The notes under the pieces are model-generated. The model saw only the letters and a program-made list of their open reading frames with translations. It made no database searches and had not been told where the DNA came from. Source: Bacteroidales bacterium (lineage in GTDB: Bacteria; Bacteroidota; Bacteroidia; Bacteroidales; Paludibacteraceae). Taken from it: 64,000 nucleotides of DNA. Both the position numbers and the translations under genes were made by a program. Below, piece after piece: positions 61,979 through 64,000 of the stretch. Position 1 is the first letter of the stretch. Every line of letters starts with the position of its first letter. The stretch covers positions 10,210 to 74,209 of the forward strand of contig JBNMHB010000001.1 of assembly GCA_050872525.1 (NCBI GenBank), in the 5' to 3' direction.

Positions 61979-63031
61979 ATGGTAATGGAAACAAGCATCA
62001 AAAAACAAGAACAAGACTTTGTCTTTTACGAGGGTAATGACGGAAAGGTAAAGATAGCCGTATTGGTGGACAACATCAATGACACCATTTGGATGACACA
62101 GAAAGCGATGGCGGAGTTATTCGGTGTCGATGTGCGTACGGTAAACTATCATTTGCAAGAGATATTTAAGACGCAAGAATTGATAGAAAGTTCAGTTATC
62201 CAAAAAAATCGGATAACTGCCGCCGATGGAAAAAACTATTTGACTAATCTCTATAATCTTGATGCCGTTATAGCCGTTGGCTATCGTGTCAATAGTTACC
62301 AAGCAACGCAGTTCCGAATATGGGCCACAAAGGTTTTGAAAGACTACCTTATTAAGGGTTTTGCATTAAACGATGACAGGCTGAAAGGTAAAGATAAGTT
62401 GTTTGGTAAAGACAGACTCAAAGAACTGCTTGAACGTATCCAAGAGATACGTGCTTCGGAGCGTGTGTTTTATGAAAAGATAACTGACATCTTTCGTGAT
62501 TGTAGCATTGACTACGACCCATCGTCTCCGATAACGCAGGAGTTCTATGCTAAAATGCAAAACAAGTTCCATTATGCGATACACCAGCACACTGCACCCG
62601 AGTTGCTTATGCGTGCCGATGCCAACAAGGAATATATGGGGCTTACAACTTGGCAAAACCAAAAGAAAGGTGGCAAAATATACAAGCGTGATGTTACAAA
62701 TGGCAAAAACTATTTGCAAGAGGACGAATTGAAAGCCTTAAACAAACTTGTCAATATGTTTCTTGATTATGCGGAGCGTTTGGCGGAAAAAGGAAAGGGG
62801 ACATATACAATGGCAGACTGGGCATCGCGTTTGGATATGTTCCTCAATTTCAATGAATATCCAATTCTGAAAGACGCAGGAAAGGTCAAACGGATTATTG
62901 CAGAGAAATTTGCCGAGAGCGAATATGCAAAATACAGAGTTATCCAAGATAAGGAATACAAGTCTGATTTCAACCGTTTCATTGAGGATACAGAAAAAAG
63001 ACTTTCCAACAACTCGCAAGATAAATCTTAA
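61979..63031 (+). CDS. RhuM-family (virulence-associated, Fic/DOC-related fold) protein (about 350 aa; the ORF opens at 61964)
   Basis: FYEGNDGKVKIAVLVDNINDTIWMTQKAMAELFGVDVRTVNYHLQEIF...ATQFRIWATKVLKDYLIKGF is the typical RhuM N-terminal and core sequence. Confidence 0.8.
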   Translation: MVMETSIKKQEQDFVFYEGNDGKVKIAVLVDNINDTIWMTQKAMAELFGVDVRTVNYHLQEIFKTQELIESSVIQKNRITAADGKNYLTNLYNLDAVIAVGYRVNSYQATQFRIWATKVLKDYLIKGFALNDDRLKGKDKLFGKDRLKELLERIQEIRASERVFYEKITDIFRDCSIDYDPSSPITQEFYAKMQNKFHYAIHQHTAPELLMRADANKEYMGLTTWQNQKKGGKIYKRDVTNGKNYLQEDELKALNKLVNMFLDYAERLAEKGKGTYTMADWASRLDMFLNFNEYPILKDAGKVKRIIAEKFAESEYAKYRVIQDKEYKSDFNRFIEDTEKRLSNNSQDKS

Positions 63032-63171
63032 CTTCCTCGATTTCGCCATAGTTAAAGCGACTATTCTCAATATGAGCGTAGTCGCTTTTTGTATGCCCTT
63101 ATTAAAGAAAACAGCCTAATTCTTTAATAGCGGAACGGCTTATTAAAAAAAGAAATGAAATACTTTACTAT

Positions 63172-63660
63172 ATGGAATGGATAAACATCATAGTCTCTGC
63201 GGTGTGCGCCTTGCTTGGCGCACTGGGCGGGGGTAGTGTATTCTACTTTCAGCAGAACAAGCGTCTGAAAGCAGCAGAGGCACAGCGTGCGGAGGTGATT
63301 GCCCACAACGAGGCAGAGAACAGCGAGGTGGAGCGTTGGCGTGGACTTGCCGACAGGACTGATGAGCAACTGAAGCAGGCACGTGAGCATATAATACTCA
63401 AGAACAAGCAGGTGGATAACCTCTACAAGCGGCAGCACGAATTGGAGAACGATGTGCGTGTATTAACCAACAAGTACAATTCCGCCATGCAGGTGATAGA
63501 CAGAATAAGGCATTACTATTGTACCAACCGTCCGTGTCCTATCGGCAAGAGTATTCCGAAAGAACCCGTTACGGTAGAGCAGTTGGAGCAGGATATGCTC
63601 AGGGCGGGTCTGATACTGCCCGTGAGTACCACCGACAACCAAGATGATGACCCACAATGA
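63172..63660 (+). CDS. N-terminally anchored coiled-coil protein (162 aa): holin or i-spanin-like lysis-cassette component
   Basis: The TM helix WINIIVSAVCALLGALGGGSVFYF is followed by a long charged coiled coil. It lies immediately upstream of a small TM ORF and the endolysin. Confidence 0.5.
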   Translation: MEWINIIVSAVCALLGALGGGSVFYFQQNKRLKAAEAQRAEVIAHNEAENSEVERWRGLADRTDEQLKQAREHIILKNKQVDNLYKRQHELENDVRVLTNKYNSAMQVIDRIRHYYCTNRPCPIGKSIPKEPVTVEQLEQDMLRAGLILPVSTTDNQDDDPQ

Positions 63661-63773
63661 GAACAACCATTCGTAAAATATCGTACATTGCCCGCCAAGT
63701 GATAGCCGCTCCCGTTCTTGCAGTGGGGCTGCTATGTATGGGTATATGGTACATCATAACTGACGAAGACTGA
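63657..63773 (+). CDS. 38-aa single-TM peptide (holin/antiholin-like); below the ORF-track cutoff
   Basis: My translation is MRTTIRKISYIARQVIAAPVLAVGLLCMGIWYIITDED. The ATG overlaps the upstream stop (ATGA at 63657-63660). The stop lies 2 nt before the endolysin ATG. Confidence 0.4.
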   Translation: MRTTIRKISYIARQVIAAPVLAVGLLCMGIWYIITDED

Positions 63774-63775
63774 TT

Positions 63776-64000
63776 ATGCAACTGACTGAACATTTTACCC
63801 TTGCCGAGTTTGTGCGCAGCGAGACTGCCGAAAACAAGCATATCGACAACACACCAACCGCGGAGGTGGTGGACAATCTGCGTGCGTTATGTCGCAATGT
63901 CCTCGAGCCTGCCCGCGTGGCGTATGGAGAGCCCATATACATCACGAGTGGCTACCGTTGCCCGGCACTCAACAAAGCCGTTGGCGGCAAGCCTACAAGT
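63776..64000 (+). CDS. Peptidase M15 (D-Ala-D-Ala carboxypeptidase/VanY-like) endolysin, N-terminal part (runs off the window)
   Basis: My translation is MQLTEHFTLAEFVRSETAENKHIDNTPTAEVVDNLRALCRNVLEPARVAYGEPIYITSGYRCPALNKAVGGKPTS. The FTLxEF...ITSGYRCxxLNxxVGG pattern is typical of M15-family phage lysins. Confidence 0.75.
   Translation, partial: MQLTEHFTLAEFVRSETAENKHIDNTPTAEVVDNLRALCRNVLEPARVAYGEPIYITSGYRCPALNKAVGGKPTS

Larger units (their letters stand above)
23145..64000. mobile_element. Integrated temperate-phage-like element (prophage); right end beyond the window
   Basis: It starts at a tRNA 3' fragment. It contains repressor-type HTH genes, a divergent switch, a RecT/AAA-ATPase/MBL recombination module, a wHTH initiator with iterons, a DNA methyltransferase, a giant polyvalent protein and a lysis cassette. 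Host-type metabolic genes stop at 22990. Confidence 0.8.

Noticed and set aside
23145-64000. Diversity-generating retroelement, integrase, terminase, portal or capsid genes within the visible part of the element
   Set aside because: I looked for RT motifs (YxDD), tyrosine-recombinase R..HxxR..Y boxes, terminase Walker motifs and large beta-rich capsid ORFs. None is evident. These genes are presumably to the right of the window, so I make no call.

Overview
This is a Bacteroidales-type chromosome segment. TAnnTTTG -7 promoter boxes are present, Shine-Dalgarno sites are absent, and an nqrABCDEF operon is encoded.

**Host backbone (about 1-23,144):**
- Type I R-M genes hsdM (partial) and hsdR
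- tRNA-Ala(GGC) and tRNA-Val(TAC)
- Two secreted proteins of unknown function
- A PAP2 phosphatase, a FucP/GluP-like MFS sugar permease and a DPP-IV (S9B) peptidase
- nqrA-F
- A WG-repeat protein, a UvrD/PcrA-family helicase and a DUF4294-like protein

**Integrated temperate-phage-like element (23,145 to beyond 64,000, more than 41 kb):**
- The host sequence ends in an orphan 3' fragment of a tRNA(CAT). I read this as the left att site.
- Left arm: a minus-strand operon made of an HTH repressor, a 2-TM protein, a 171-aa protein and a second HTH protein. It faces a divergent switch region.
- Recombination and replication module: SbcC-like AAA ATPase, RecT, an MBL-fold hydrolase, small HTH proteins, and a wHTH initiator with iterons.
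- An ASCH-like protein and a broken, multispecific-looking C5 DNA methyltransferase.
- A late-looking operon whose third gene is one uninterrupted 15,891-nt ORF (5,296 aa). This is a giant polyvalent protein. It carries a ParB-like module, several barnase/EndoU-type nuclease-like modules, two HExxH zincin modules and an ADP-ribosyltransferase-like module.
- A moron/defence-like islet: an orphan TM protein, a DUF4248 protein, a single-chain Type IIG-like R-M enzyme, a Fic protein and a RhuM protein.
- A lysis cassette: a u-spanin-like lipoprotein, TM proteins and an M15 endolysin that is cut by the window end.

No integrase, terminase, portal or capsid gene is visible in the window.

**Most interesting items, in order:**
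1. The giant polyvalent ORF and its operon
2. The repressor-linked 'Rex-like' membrane gene pair
3. A structured roughly 160-nt leader or sRNA in the switch region
4. The poly-G-broken multispecific methyltransferase
5. A recurrent pattern of degenerate 11-bp tandem repeats in many intergenic regions of both host and phage

All functional calls come from motifs read by eye. No database search was run.
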